DNA of 59,400 bases, the filler included, from Basidiobolus ranarum (taxonomy: Eukaryota), in the NCBI GenBank assembly GCA_040143965.1. It is 8 parts of 8 records of this genome, joined end to end, with 100 filler letters (N's around TTAATTAATTAA, not from the genome) between each part and the next. Parts side by side here need not be neighbours in the genome. Positions count along the whole stretch, not along the records: positions 37,214 to 44,544 come from JASJQH010001137.1; positions 44,645 to 51,974 come from JASJQH010001138.1; 6 more parts are not named here. One strand, written 5' to 3'. The position numbers and the translations under genes were made by a program. Under the pieces are notes generated by a model. That model worked only from the letters and a program-made list of their open reading frames with translations. It searched no databases and was not told the origin of the DNA. Shown piece by piece: positions 37,214 through 50,564 of this stretch (positions within the stretch are counted from its first letter, which is position 1; the number at the start of each line of letters is the position of its first letter).

Positions 37214-37423
37214 TAAGAAATTAAGAATATCAAAATATAGAGAAGTGGACTTACCATGACCAAAATTGATAATGATTATTCATCATTTTTCGAGACTCTT
37301 TTATACTTATCCTTAAACATGGGTCAAACTTGGTGAAAAAACATGGGTCAAGCTTAATGGGAAGACATGGGTCTGGCCTTATGGAAAAAATCTACGGGCA
37401 ACGTTTAGGCTTAATATCTTACC

Positions 37424-37566
37424 CTAGTTAACCAATGATTAATATCCCAATCTAGTTAACCAATGATTAATATCCCATTCTAGCAAACCAATGATTAATA
37501 TCCCATTCTAGCAAACCAATGATTAATATCCCATTCTAGCAAACCAATGATTAATATCCCAATCTA
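37424..37566. repeat. 28-bp minisatellite, 5 copies (ctag(tt/ca)aaccaatgattaatatccca(a/t)t)
   Basis: Copies start at 37424, 37452, 37480, 37508 and 37536. Confidence 0.97.
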
Positions 37567-37638
37567 ATGAATTTCAAAAGGTTTTATTATTTGTACAAAG
37601 TCTTGTATATTTACAGGAATGATTGATCGAATGCATGA

Positions 37639-38649
37639 TTACATAATAGGCATCGTGCTACTGACGCGGAGGCTGGTATCTTCGATATCAAGCTCTGGTT
37701 TATTATTTTCCAGTGGTGGTTTGATATACCCGTACTTGATACGAATCTCCTTGATGACCGTTGTTACAACTGGATCCCACATGAAGGCAATTCCTGCGAA
37801 GATTCCAGTCCAGGAACTGATAAAGTGGGAGGCTAACGAAGATCGATGAAGTAACTGAATGTAGTATTCGTTATCGATATTGTGGGTGACGACCTGAATC
37901 ATTTGAATAGTGAAAGCCACTAGACCTGGAGTGAAACTGAGGATAGGTACAATAGGGTACATGATGATCCTGACGGCAGCTTGATTCAATTGTCTACTTT
38001 TTTGGCGAACTGCTGGCGGCTGACCATCACTACCATCAGGTCTCCTGAGCAATCTCTTGATCTCGCGATTTCCTTGATAGATAATTCGAAATACGATGAT
38101 CACAATTGCCAAGCAGTAGCTCAGGACGATAAACATCCAGCATTCCGAGGTAATCCACCAGTACACCATAGGCCAAACATTGTGAGGTTTTTCGAGCCAG
38201 CAAACATTCATATACAGTGAGTAGACCAAGCCAGGGATGCTTACCAATATCGCAAACCCCACAGAGACGGGAATATAGCAACGCACCAGTTTGGGCGATA
38301 CTGTGAGTTTCTTGATAAATACTCGCTGAAGATTGTAAGCAATACACCAGGTAATAAATACAGCCGATAGCTTGGCAACGTTTTGAAAGAAAGAGACAAG
38401 ATTGCAAATGAGCGGTGTGGATTTGGCGGCCTTGGAGAAGCTTAAAGAGTGATAAATTAGAATGCAAACCAAGCTCCAGAATGCCAAATTATATGAGGTT
38501 CTCGAGGTCAGATGGCGTCGCCATATCCAAATCATTATAGCACATATGATCACTAATACTAGAAAAATAATTGATATGATACGAAAGTAAGGTGTAACCG
38601 TAAGTTCAAGTTGCTCAAAATTATTGCGATCATTAGTGTAAACTGTCAT
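37639..38649 (-). CDS. 7TM G-protein-coupled receptor-like protein (cAMP-receptor/Git3-like), intronless
   Basis: About seven hydrophobic segments, Cys before TM3, CIAYNLQRVFI, extracellular CW, and RIIMYPIVP. Confidence 0.8.
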   Translation of the reverse strand: MTVYTNDRNNFEQLELTVTPYFRIISIIFLVLVIICAIMIWIWRRHLTSRTSYNLAFWSLVCILIYHSLSFSKAAKSTPLICNLVSFFQNVAKLSAVFITWCIAYNLQRVFIKKLTVSPKLVRCYIPVSVGFAILVSIPGLVYSLYMNVCWLEKPHNVWPMVYWWITSECWMFIVLSYCLAIVIIVFRIIYQGNREIKRLLRRPDGSDGQPPAVRQKSRQLNQAAVRIIMYPIVPILSFTPGLVAFTIQMIQVVTHNIDNEYYIQLLHRSSLASHFISSWTGIFAGIAFMWDPVVTTVIKEIRIKYGYIKPPLENNKPELDIEDTSLRVSSTMPIM

Positions 38650-39549
38650 TGATGCTCATGAGAAGAATTAAATAAATGTACAAGTAAAGGTGCAGGTGCA
38701 AGTGCAGGGTACTAAATCGAATCGAACGATGATCTGTTATTGTAGTACCAGGAGAACCGAGGGCGGGCCGAGTTTTTGTAGTAAAATACAATTTGCTATC
38801 ATTGGATGTTTCTATCTTTGGAGCGGACAAATCATTTTCAATGGAACGGTCTGTATTAGCTATGGAACTTTCTTTTCCGATCAGCTCCACTCATTAGAAG
38901 TTTATTTGAAATACACATAAATATAAATTGGTAGCTGCTTCGTGTGTGTTTCGAGTGTGTTTCAAGTATATTTTAGGACCCGCCTCTTTTTCTTCGCCTT
39001 GTTATTCCTTGTTTCTTCCAACAACATGAGCCTATCTAGATTTTATTGTTCCTAATCGAGTATTAAATACAAACTGTTAATTAAGATAAATATGGATTGG
39101 AGGTTATATCTGGTCTGATCTTGCTTAAAAACTTGTTAATCTATCAACCTGGATTTTACCATATTAGCCATGAAAACTTCCGGTGTAGAAGTCTTTAAAG
39201 CCTTAGAACATTCAGTGCACTGCTTCAATTATTCATTTAAGTATAAAACCCAAATGGGATCAATTACGTCAAAGCCCATGTGCAAGTAAGAATCCACGCA
39301 TCTAGAAGTACCGGATATATACTACAATTAAACCAAATGTGGAGTGCTTGGATGGTGTTTTTACAAGCTTTAACTTCGACTGATGGGGCCTTAGTATAAA
39401 TAGAATTAAGCAATCACCAGCACCTTTATTTGTACGCATTATCCTATGTCCATTTCATCATCTAGTACTAAGAGTTCCGGGATAGAGAGTATAGGTTCTA
39501 TCGGTTCCTGTATACTAACCAACAGAGTGGATTGAAATGATATATAGGG

Positions 39550-39617
39550 ATGGACGATAGACTGTATATGTTGATTGTTATAAATGGATGATAGACTGTA
39601 TATGTTGATTGTTATAA
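39550..39617. repeat. 34-bp tandem duplication
   Basis: atgga(c/t)gatagactgtatatgttgattgttataa occurs twice, downstream of PAN3. Confidence 0.9.
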
Positions 39618-39732
39618 ATTATTGATTCATTAATTCCGAGATTTATTCATTGTTTTTGGAATTTTTGCTAACATTGGTTCACAAAGTTGGCTTGAAAGTT
39701 ATATTAAGAGATGGGATAGAGGTGTGATGTTC

Positions 39733-42662
39733 TCAGCGACGTCTATAGAGTTCCGAGAATGCTTGTTGAATACAATTCTTGAGTTCTCTATAACTTACTA
39801 TTAAGCAGGATTGTTCATCTCGTGACATCAGCATGATTCTTTCATCCAGCCCGGCATCTAATTTGTTTAAGCAGGATAGAACATGTCCCACATCCAATAC
39901 CGGATTCCCATTCTCATCCACCTGATGAAAGACATAGTCTCGGAATAGTTTGATCAAATAGCGATCTCCAGTCTCTGACCAACTTGGATCAAGATCGAAT
40001 CTACATGATGTAAATGGATTAACAACGATGTGACGGTTGGGGAAGTACGATACTGGCCCTAGCCCTGGCCCTAGTCCTGGCCCATATACTACAGGCTACT
40101 TACTCTGGTCTTTCATTGATGAATCCCAATTTCATCATTAGTCTAGCTACTCGGCCATTTTCCAATTCGGAAGATAACTCGCTTTCCAAGAAATCATTGT
40201 AGCTAGAGGAGGCTAAGGTTAGTGGTATTCGAAGCATCAGTATAGATTGTCCCTTACTGATGAGTGCGATTCAATTCCATAAGTATCTTGGGTCCCATCA
40301 TACCAAGGATGTCATCGATGTTCTTGGTGGTCGAAGGCTTACTCAAGAGATATAGGATCACATTCTTGACATCCGGAGGGTAGTGTCGGGCAATGAAATC
40401 AATGGACTTGGGAAGGTTCGATAAAGCATTGGAGGAATTACAGGCCAAACACGCCAATAACTGACCGAACTGCAACAAATCCTCTTGCTATAGTGCATAA
40501 CGTAAGGGGTGAAGAGAAGAGAATAAAAGGTAAGCAAAGTATTGATGAGTAATTGAAAAGCAAGCTAGCTTACTTGATAATGGGCAGTATTTCGGGTGCT
40601 AGCATAAGATAGCATATCATAAATACCGCAGCAATTAAGTCGAATCCTAAATTCAATGTAACTAGGTTAGCTACTTCCTCTCAATATTTCTCAGAATCTT
40701 GCTATACCTATTTTTTCCTGTCAATAGAATTTTAGTGGGATCCAATATACATGCAGCCAGTCCACTAGCATGGAGAGTACGAATGGCGGAGGTGATTTGG
40801 ACAATAAAGCTCCATAATTCCGTTTCAGTAATGCAGTCCGAGTTCTGCGAGTTTCTCACTGAAGGGAGGATGGCGTTGTGGAGGTATTTGTCAGCAAGGG
40901 TGGTGGAGCATGGATGATAGTCATAAACAAACACCAGTGCTAAAAATCCATAAAATTAGAAATCTAATGAGACTTTAATAGTGGATTGAGTAACATACAG
41001 TGATCTCCGAATGCTTTAGTTGTGAATGCTTCACGAACTGAGACGATGTTTGGATGGCTTATCTTGCGCCAATTTTCAATGGTAGACATGGCTGCTTCGT
41101 TCGTTAGGCGATAACCTATAATTGAATGGTTAAGTACACTATGCCTCCAGTTAAATAGCTAAACAAAAAGATGAACCTTCAATTCGTCTAAGAGCGTAGA
41201 TTTTCCCATCAATGCTACTTGCAGCTTTGTATACGGAGGTAGGGTATCCAAAAACCTTGGTTGATTTGCTTTGATTGGGGTGATCTAATGGATACAGTGA
41301 GTGGTACACATGTACTTCGGCAGGAAGAGTTGAGTCCTGTGCTGTTTGAAATATATTAGTAAGTTACGGAATTACTCTGACCACATTCAAGTAAAATGGT
41401 GCCTACGATTCAAGTATTGAATAGAAGCTTCGTTCTTTCTCTGCAATTCCTCCCTAAGATTGTCCGACATGAAGAATGAATGGATTGTCTTGCGGTTAGA
41501 GGGAAGGTTGGAAACATGAGGGAGTGGCGTGGTGTAAAGGTGGTATTGAAGCTTAGACGGAGAGTAGTTACCAGACTGGCATTCCATCAAGACAGGTTAG
41601 TATTGACCAACAATAATTAGAGGCGTAATGATTCCAGTTTTTACCATGCCACTATCTAATTCCATTGAGCCGAGATTATCCGATAGTGATTTTACACCAG
41701 AATTGGACGGTGTTATACCAGCAGAATAATGATTCGAACCAGGTGTATGGTGCTGATAGTAAGGCCCGTTGGAGTCATAAGCTCTATCCCGTCACAAGAT
41801 TATGTAAGCTAGAGTTAATACATTGAGGGAACTAATAAACCAACGTATTCAATCAATACCCCATTTCAAAGTTTGCATTGCTGGGTTCATAGGAGCTCAT
41901 TTGGGTCTCGTTTTTGGCTATGTGTAGAGTAAGATGTGAGTTTAAGTGTACAAACCCAATAATATAGTTCGGATGTAAAATATACCAAAGCCAGTAAGAG
42001 TGTTGGAGCTCTCTGTTATGTCATTAGGTGACTGTCAGACACTGAAAAAACTAAAGAGAAAAATTGACTTACCCAAGGACGTGTTTGACATCAAAGCAGC
42101 TGTTAAAGAGCCCGTAGGATTGAAAGCGGGTGAGGTGATTCGTAGCTTTGACTTTCTATTTCAGTAGTATTATTGATTAGATCGAGAACAGAGAGGTAAG
42201 CTGAAAATAAAAAAGAAAGCTCATACGATTCGGGAGAGGTAACAGGAGAAGGAACGTTCGACTAGAAGATAAGTAGTGTCAAAAACATGCATGCGTTTCG
42301 ATTACTTTAAAAGAAGCTTATCGATATATGATATAGAAACATACATTAAGATCATGGTTAAACTCGCAACCTTTTCCTTCATATTTGCAGTACCCGTGAA
42401 TTATTACATTGCGACAGGTACGTGTCTTACTACTTGGAGTGGTTGGGGCACTAGGGGGAGCTTTGGCTGTTGAACATAGTTAGGTTCACGAAAAAAATAA
42501 TAGAGAAATCCACGTTGACTATATGTGTATATATAGTGAGTGAGACTAACGTTTCATTTCTTTCTGTCCTTGGTTTTCTTCGGTAGGAGCGACAATAGGT
42601 ATCGCGGAAGATCCATGAGGAGGTTGAATCAATGGTGTGCCAAAGGTAGGATTGGAGGTCAT
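39733..42662 (-). CDS. PAN3: PAN2-PAN3 deadenylase subunit Pan3, many exons
   Basis: CCCH finger [21 protein letters not shown]. Pseudokinase motifs VYDYHP and [22 protein letters not shown]. Knob domain [22 protein letters not shown]...LNKLDAG. Confidence 0.95.
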
Positions 42663-43162
42663 CGGTATAGTGGAGTTATTTATTTTCGAAAATTCTCTTC
42701 AAAGATACAATCCAGAGAATCAAAACTGTACTACTTTGACTCTTGACAAAATCTAGATTCGTCTTCCGAGTAAAATAGCTAAGAAGGTAACAAATATTGT
42801 TATGAAGAAAGTAACAAAATAGAGTAGTTAATACTCGTATAACTTAAAAATCAGGAGTTAGCGTTGAAGGGAAGCCCAAAATTCATTTCCTCTGATCAAT
42901 TGACCATTGGAATTTTAGCACCCTCAAACTTCAAATAATCAAATGATTAATGCTAATAATACACTATAATATACAGATAGGTTCACTTATCAACTTTACT
43001 CGCAATAGGGAAATTTGCCTAAATTCTTGAATATTTGAACCTTCTTCGACTGGTTGGAGTTAGAATACAATCCTTGTTCAACTAATCTTAATAATAGTAA
43101 ATGCCCGTGAACCTTATTGCTCACATCAACAAGTAGAAATCCTCGTAGCGAACTAAATTGAA

Positions 43163-44135
43163 ATGCAGGCTAACCGTATCCTTCCACCCATCGTACCCCC
43201 TTTTCGATATGGCATGGTGGAAAGCAATGTTTTTCGTGGGGCTTATCCCAAAGAAAGAAATCTTCGATTTTTAAAGCGGTTAGTTTACTTCTTACACAAG
43301 GATTTTAACGAGAGATATTCATTTCCTCTGTAATCTTTTCAAAGACTCAAACTGAAAACTATACTATCCCTGATACCAGACCAACCTACACAAGAATTGG
43401 TTAGTTTTTGTCGAGAGAATGGAATCATGAATATGATGATCCGAGTTAAAAAACCCAAAGAAAATGTTCCTTTGAACTTTTCTAAAGTAGTTCAAATATT
43501 GGAGGTAAGAGGCAGAACTACAGTATTTTTATTGACCACACTATTAATATTGTTGAACAGATCGTTATAAACCCCGAGTACCATCCCCTCTATCTACACT
43601 GTGTCGACGGTACAGTGGTGACCGGTGTGGTTATCATGTGTCTACGTAAGTTGCAGTTATACAGTGTTCCTTCTGCTTTGACTGAGTTTGCTAGGTAAGT
43701 TTCTTGTTGAAATGATTTACCGGATTTTCAGCTAAGTATTTTATCAGATACCTACGAGATGGAGTAGTAGCATCAGAGGAATCGGAGTTCATCGAACGTT
43801 TTACTTCTGAAATCAACATACCAAAGGAAATACCTGACTGGTTATGGGGTGGACAGATTACATTCAAAAAGCATCCAACGTTGAAGATCAAACTGTCAGA
43901 AATGCCACTTGAATTATCCGAGTCCAAGAAAACTGAAGAGAAGAAATCCAATGGTTTGTTGCATGGCTTATGTGCTCTATTTATGTTATCAGTTGCTCAA
44001 GTATCAGACTTATTAGGTGATCTACTAGTGCCCAAAGGTGACATAAATGCCGTAGTTAACGGGTCCTCGACAGTTGATCAAGACAATCTATCACAGACTC
44101 TGCAGGCTTTAGCATTAGAAGGAATTCGTCAGTAA
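43163..44135 (+). CDS. OCA6: Oca6-like (Siw14-family) putative pseudophosphatase, 4 exons
   Basis: PPFRYGMVE..VFRGAYP, LKLKTILSLIP, and P-loop YLHCVDGTVVTG lacking the catalytic Arg, then CLRKLQ and P.WLW.G. Confidence 0.8.
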
Positions 44136-44544
44136 ATATACTTCTTTTCTGTAATCGCACTTCTCTGGAATTGGAGGCCAACTGAGGATTAAAATACATA
44201 AGTCACAGCAGTTATCATATATGCTTGTCTCATAACCTTTTGAAAGTAATGTGAGCTCGAGAGATATTTATTTCATGCACAGAGTTGTTAATTTAGAGAT
44301 TGTGCGGTGGTTATTAAGGATTGGAATAAATATGAGTTTGAGATGCTTGGTCCGAAACTAAAGTATCTTAGAGAAAATACAAGTGATATTTGGCTGAATT
44401 GCATTAACTTTACTGAACTAATTTGGAACATCAAGTGATGCCAAAATTCTTATACACATAGTTGATTGATTATCAGCAATTATATTATTACTAAATATGG
44501 CTATTCTCAACCTCTTCTTTGACCAAGTGATGCTGAATATCAAG

Positions 44545-44644
44545 NNNNNNNNNNNNNNNNNNNNNNNNNNNNNNNNNNNNNNNNNNNNTTAATTAATTAA
44601 NNNNNNNNNNNNNNNNNNNNNNNNNNNNNNNNNNNNNNNNNNNN
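44545..44644. other. Artificial contig linker
   Basis: N44-TTAATTAATTAA-N44. Confidence 0.99.
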
Positions 44645-45218
44645 TCGTCCAAACTAGTCTATAAATCTCATCTTATGTACAATTTCAAGGAAAGGAGTTT
44701 GTGGAGATTTTATAATGTATTATCGGGGATGGAATATATTAAGCTGCAAAGCAAATACCAACTTATAACCTTATTATGCTCATTCTTGAGTCTGATTCCT
44801 TAGCATGTATATATATTCTACTTAATCTAATTAAATTTATACACCATTCTTTGATCACTGTCTATGACTTCTCACACCAAAATTGACGAATTTGTGGGGA
44901 ATATACTTTTAATAATCGAATTACCTCTTGCTTTCATCATGTCCAAGCATACTGATCGAATTAAAATAATAAATAAAATACACAGAAGTGAAAGCTAGGC
45001 GCTCACATGCATCCATGTGAGGGAGAGAGTAACAGAATATATTATACAAACAAAATAATAAATCTAGCCTCCACCGAGCATGTGCTCCAAATCAGTAACT
45101 GGTAACTTTACATAGAACTATTGCAAAGAACTCAGAAATCGCATCAAAATGATAAAGTATCAAGACGAAAGAGAGCAATCTATTGGGAGTGAAAAAATTG
45201 GTTGACAGATGACTTATA

Positions 45219-46103
45219 TCACTTCTCTTTTCTACACTTGGATGTGTAAGGACGGAACCGGTCACCATTGCTCTTTACACTCGATTCTTTAGAAGTATTG
45301 GCTTTGTGTGAAGAATTGCTTGTGTCATTGCTTGTTTGGTTCATCTCCGTGAGTTTTCTCTCCATTGCTTGAATTTTGCTCTCCAAACTAAGATAGGGTT
45401 AGCGATTATATACACTTCACCATCAAACAGGACTTTACCTAGCGTTAGCGAATGATTTGGTCTTTGACAGGTGCGCATTTCGAAATTGATAACCTCCAGT
45501 CTTGTTGACATTGCTTGAGGCCTAGAATATTTTTAAATGGTTCATAACAACCTTAGTTAAATCCAACAGCTCAACCACAGCTATGCATCAACCCTATATC
45601 GAAAAATTCTACTAACCGAACGTGATAAGTTTACTACTAAGGGGCGTCCTCTGAGTTTTCTAGAATTTAGTTCAGACATAGCCTTGATCGCTTCCTATTT
45701 ATCGGAGAAAGGTTTAGTTTGAGGAATTTACCACTCAAGTGCAATGTATGTGCTTATATATTATGCTTTACCTCTCGTTTGCTAAACTCGACAAAGCAGT
45801 ATCCACGTGGTTGACCTTGTAAAGGGCCTGCAGTATGAAAAAGAAAGTCCAAACCAGTGATCTTCCCATGTTTCTGGAACAATTGAGATATGATAAATCT
45901 ATTCATGTGCAAAGGGTGAATAAGTTTGAACAAATCAAATGGCGTGATAGAAAAGAATGAAAAATATGGTGGGATGCACTTCAATGAATAAATAATAGAG
46001 ACATAAAAAGTTATAAGTAACAATCAATTCTTACTCATCAATAGTAGGATCTAGATTTCCAACAAAAAGACGTCGACTTTGTTCTTCTTGAGATTTTGCA
46101 CTC
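45219..46103 (-). CDS. RRM protein, RBM18-like (first exon not resolved)
   Basis: RLFVGNLDPTIDE, DFLFHTAGPLQGQPRGYCFVEF, LESKIQAMERKL and C-terminal RFRPY. Confidence 0.82.
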
Positions 46104-47251
46104 TATATATATACAGAAAAGTAAGTAATTGTCTTCCAAGAGCGCATAACATAATAGAGATAACCACCACATGATTACTAATCGACATATTCAAAGAGTA
46201 AGGAATACCCTCCACAACCAGTACTTTATGACTGATAATAAAAATGATCGTACTGACGTTAATCAAATGATTTTCATTCCATTAAATTCTATTGTCAACT
46301 CTCTATTGGTCACCTATATACAGTGTCTATGAGATATTTAGTTATAAATATTAACCCAACTACATCATCCTAACATCCATCATAAAAGCAGTCATACACG
46401 TTTCTGATATTATATGCCACACCATCAGCCTAACCAAATCCTTTGACGCTCGGATCAGAAACAGTGAGGTAAGACTAGCAGTGTTTATTATCAATAATAC
46501 GAGCCCAATTTGCCAGCCCTTTAAGTGGCATATGATACAAATTTCGGCTCACTACGGTTTGTCTATTAACTTCAAATCGAAACTTGCTCAGAGAAAAGAC
46601 TACTTTAGTTATGAATGAATGGGTAAATACGTAAGTATTAATCGTTAAACGAATAGTCTACCTTGTGTTCAAGTTTACGAATATCATATCACACAACGCT
46701 TCTCAATCAGCTTGAATGAGGAAGAAGATATGCTGAAGTGAGCAACTGTTAGTTGTACACTTGGTAACTCAACTTGTATATGGTAGAACTTGGGAAGATT
46801 TATAGTTTTACCCAGTGTAGCAAGATTTGATTCCCCGTGTGCCCTTCAGATCAACTCCGAAGCCACAAGTCACTACACATTAATTCTTCAAGACTGTCAA
46901 TTTGTGCTACCTGTATCATTACGGCAAGCCTAGTAATAGATCCAAAATGAAATATCGCCAGTTCAGGTCAAAAGAATCACGGCTCTAGTTGCTCTTATGA
47001 AACTGTGTATCATGGCCAAATTAGCTACATCATGGTTTACAATACTATAGATGTTGCAATCTAGAAATTTCGATAATAAAGTGATATGGTGATACGATAT
47101 ATGGGGATTTTTTTTGCTAGCTAAACTACAGAAAAAAATCGAGATTGAGTATAGTAAGAATTTATTCAGGAAACCATCTTGGTGAACTATTCCAAATCTG
47201 TGACCACTAAATTTTTCACACTTCATTCCAAACCACATTCTCTACTGAATT

Positions 47252-48322
47252 ATGTCACAAGTAAAGAAGCGTAATTACCGTAAACGCCTGGTAGAAGAAG
47301 ACGAAGTTTCTAGTCAAGACCAATCTAGAGATTCTACACCTACTGCTGCTGCCGATGATTCTGATGAAATTGGGTTCGTGTTTAATCAGAAATATTCCAC
47401 TTTTACGCGACAGTAATAAGCTTTGGACTATAAGCTCTCCATATATTAATCTTTCGTACATTTGTATTCTGTTGTGTCTTATGTATATACAGTGAAAATC
47501 TACAAGAGCTTTTAGAGTTAAGAAAGTTTCGTAGACGTCAGCAGGGAATAGACGTTCAAGTACTTGATAAAGGCGATCCGAGATCAAAAAAGAAACGTCA
47601 GGCTGATGTAAAGAAAGAGTAAGTATTTCATTTGTTTACGACTTTGACCTGCGAGTCGATATCTGAATTATTCTTAATCTTCCAGTGAGGAAAGCGAAGA
47701 AAAACGTCCAAAAGTTCTCGAAACATTCACAACTCAAACCGACGCTCTAGATGTTGATAAGCATATGTAGGTTTTGTAATACAACCTTAATTGCTCGTAA
47801 ATGTTACCCGAACGTTATCTCTTATTGTTTATTAATGTTGATTCTTTCAGGATGGCGTATATCGAAGAAGAAATGCGTAAGCGCAATGGGAGCACTTCAC
47901 AAGAAGATGCGCTTGATGGAGATAAAAATTCCTCTAACGAATTATTCCAAGTACCTGATCACCTAAAGGTATTAACTCATTTGCATCAATATTTGTGCCT
48001 ATGCACTTTTCTCAACGGCTGCATTTCTTTTAGGTAGAGAAAAAACCAATCAATGAAACAAATATCAATTTGTCTACTACTATGCTTACTGCTATTCCCG
48101 AGGTTGATCTTGGTATCGAGTGCGTATTCAATTTATTTTGTATTAACCAAGGCTCTGTTTTATTAATAACTGATCTTTTTTAGCACGAGATTGAGAAATA
48201 TCGAAGAAACCGAGAAGGCCAAGTTGAGAATGCTATTAAATGAGCGGGATGTCAATGTTGGTTCATCAAAATCGACAGATAAAGTTGTTTTGGAACGGTT
48301 TAAGAAGCGCTATAGAAAATAA
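47252..48322 (+). CDS. C9orf78/Tls1 (Hep_59) splicing-associated protein, multi-exon
   Basis: FTTQTDALDVDKHMMAYIEEEM, MLTAIPEVDLGI, RLRNIEETEKAK, STDKVVLERFKKR. Confidence 0.88.
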
Positions 48323-48702
48323 TGAACATTCTTAGAAACCGCTTGAACGTTTCTCGCTGAAATAGCCTGTAGGTGTTGAATTTTCCCACATATCCACAGA
48401 TAATACCTCAAACCAATAGAAAACGCACGAATGCTGTGCATTTCAAATCTCGAGTCAATTCGAACCATTAGCAATCTTTTTGTTGAAATAAATATAATCA
48501 GGTTTTCACTTGATCTCGCAATGTTCGAAGTAATCTTAACCCTGATGGGACTACATTTATTTGTGAGAAAAACGTCCCAGATTTGGTAGATCCTAGCATG
48601 CGAAAGTCATCATGACCAACCTTTCAAATCCATCGAGATTGCGTAGCTCAAATCCTTTAAAAGCCACCTCCATCTGAACAATGGAGTAGATATTTCTACA
48701 TT

Positions 48703-49695
48703 ATGACCCAAATACAGATGGCTTCTAGGCGTACCAAAGTAGCAGTAGCTCAAGCATGTACTGTTGACGGATATGATACTCAGGCTACTCTACCCAAGTT
48801 AGCCAAACTCTCTAGAGAGGCTAGTGAACAAGGTGCTACGCTTATAGTTTTCCCTGAAGCCTTTTTAGGCGGCTATCCAGTTGGCTCAAACTTTGGTACT
48901 CGGTTTGGTGAGCGAACTCTCAAAGGAAAGGAGGAATTTGTTAAATACTTTAAACAAGCAGTGGAAGTACCCGGTCCTGAGGTGACATTTATCGAAGATG
49001 TTGCTCGCGAGAATAGTTTGTTTATAGTAGTTGGTGTGATTGAAAGATGCAATAGTACTCTATATTGTACAGTTGTTTTTGTAGATCCAAGCAAGGGTTT
49101 TGTAGCCAAGCATCGCAAATTGATGCCTACCTGTATGGAGCGTGTCGCTTGGGGTCAAGGTGATGGTTCCACCATGCCTGTCCTCGATGTGCCTCTTAAA
49201 TCCTCAGTTGAGTCTGAAAATGGTCAAACATTCCAGGCCAAAATTGGCGCTGCTATCTGCTGGGAAAACTATATGCCTTTGTTTAGATACAATTTATACG
49301 CTCAAGGTGTTCAATTTTATTGTGCACCAACTGCCGAGGGGCGTGATTTCTGGATCTCCTCCATGCAACATATAGCAGTCGAAGGCCGATGCTATGTGCT
49401 TGGGTGTAATCAATTCGCTCGCCAGAAAGATTTTCCTGAAGGTCACCCTATTATCGGAGATGTTGATCCTGATGGTATTATGCACGATGGTGGCAGTATA
49501 ATTGTGGCTCCTAGCGGAGAGATATTGGCGGGTCCTTTACGTGAGCAAGAGGGGGTTTTGGTGGCTGAGGTCGATATGGATGATTTAATCAAAGAGAAGT
49601 TTGAATTCGATTGTGTTGGACACTATAGCCGTCCAGACGTTTTCCAACTCTCGGTCAACGAGAGACAAAATTCAGTAGTGAAAAGAACCGATTAG
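48703..49695 (+). CDS. Nitrilase (carbon-nitrogen hydrolase), intronless
   Basis: E-K-C triad in FPEAF, HRKLMPT and ICWENYMPL. C-terminal D.VGHYSRPDVF. Confidence 0.95.
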   Translation: MTQIQMASRRTKVAVAQACTVDGYDTQATLPKLAKLSREASEQGATLIVFPEAFLGGYPVGSNFGTRFGERTLKGKEEFVKYFKQAVEVPGPEVTFIEDVARENSLFIVVGVIERCNSTLYCTVVFVDPSKGFVAKHRKLMPTCMERVAWGQGDGSTMPVLDVPLKSSVESENGQTFQAKIGAAICWENYMPLFRYNLYAQGVQFYCAPTAEGRDFWISSMQHIAVEGRCYVLGCNQFARQKDFPEGHPIIGDVDPDGIMHDGGSIIVAPSGEILAGPLREQEGVLVAEVDMDDLIKEKFEFDCVGHYSRPDVFQLSVNERQNSVVKRTD

Positions 49696-50564
49696 GATGT
49701 GCGATATAACGTCACCTCCCTGATAACAAGCCACATCGATACCAATTTATTAAGAGTCAGTGACTATTTTGTTGTGAATGGCACTATTGTATCAATGGAT
49801 GTAATATAACTCAAAAGAATTAATACAGCTGTTGATCTTTTATCCAAAATATTGGCAATTGTTTGCATCGTTTTGTGCGCACTTTGAAGCAATTCTGGAG
49901 GCTTCTCCACTGCCTAATACTTGAAAGCTACTTGCATGTTCTGTTCATTTAGTAGGTTATTCTCTGCCATTTTGTTGGTAACGCATAGCCCTATGGATGG
50001 ACTACGGGTTCTATTCAGACTTTTTAGCTATTTACGAAGTTGACCAAACATAGAAGAACGAGTATTATTAACTCGCTGATCAGCTATTGTTCCCTCATAT
50101 ATGATCACTATTAAATGGAAGTAACCATGAATTAAGAACGAACCAAATGTGCAGCTGCTTTAAACGTGTATTCGCCGAAAACAAAGTTTTTACCTGAAAC
50201 CATTCTGTCATGTGTGCCAGGACGTTTAGAAGAACAGGTATGTTAGCCCTGATATTTGGCACACACCGGGTTGAGTGAAAGTAACACTATGATTCGGATG
50301 GGCTCGAAATATGAATCCAAGTATAGATCATTTGTAGAGGTCAGATGTCTAACAGTGCTACTATAATACCTGAACAAGCTCAACGGCAACAAGAATATGA
50401 GGGATCTCGTGTTTAATTAGCATATAATCAGGAATAAATCAAATGTACTGCTTTAGTTTAGTACAAATTAGTTAATTTCTGCTCAGCGGACATTGTTGGT
50501 TCGGGTGAAAAGTATATGAATGTATTTATTTATGTATGGAAGAATGAGAAGAATGCGTGAGAAC

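Noticed and set aside
37424-37566. CRISPR array
   Set aside because: 28-bp tandem units with no spacers.
3823-49695. Amine oxidase + nitrilase + reductase as a nitrogen-metabolism cluster
   Set aside because: The nitrilase is on a different artificially joined contig, and the reductase is dead.
50211-50265. Inverted repeat tgtgtgcca...tggcacaca as an ncRNA
   Set aside because: Single 9-bp stem with no tRNA or snoRNA boxes; compatible with chance.
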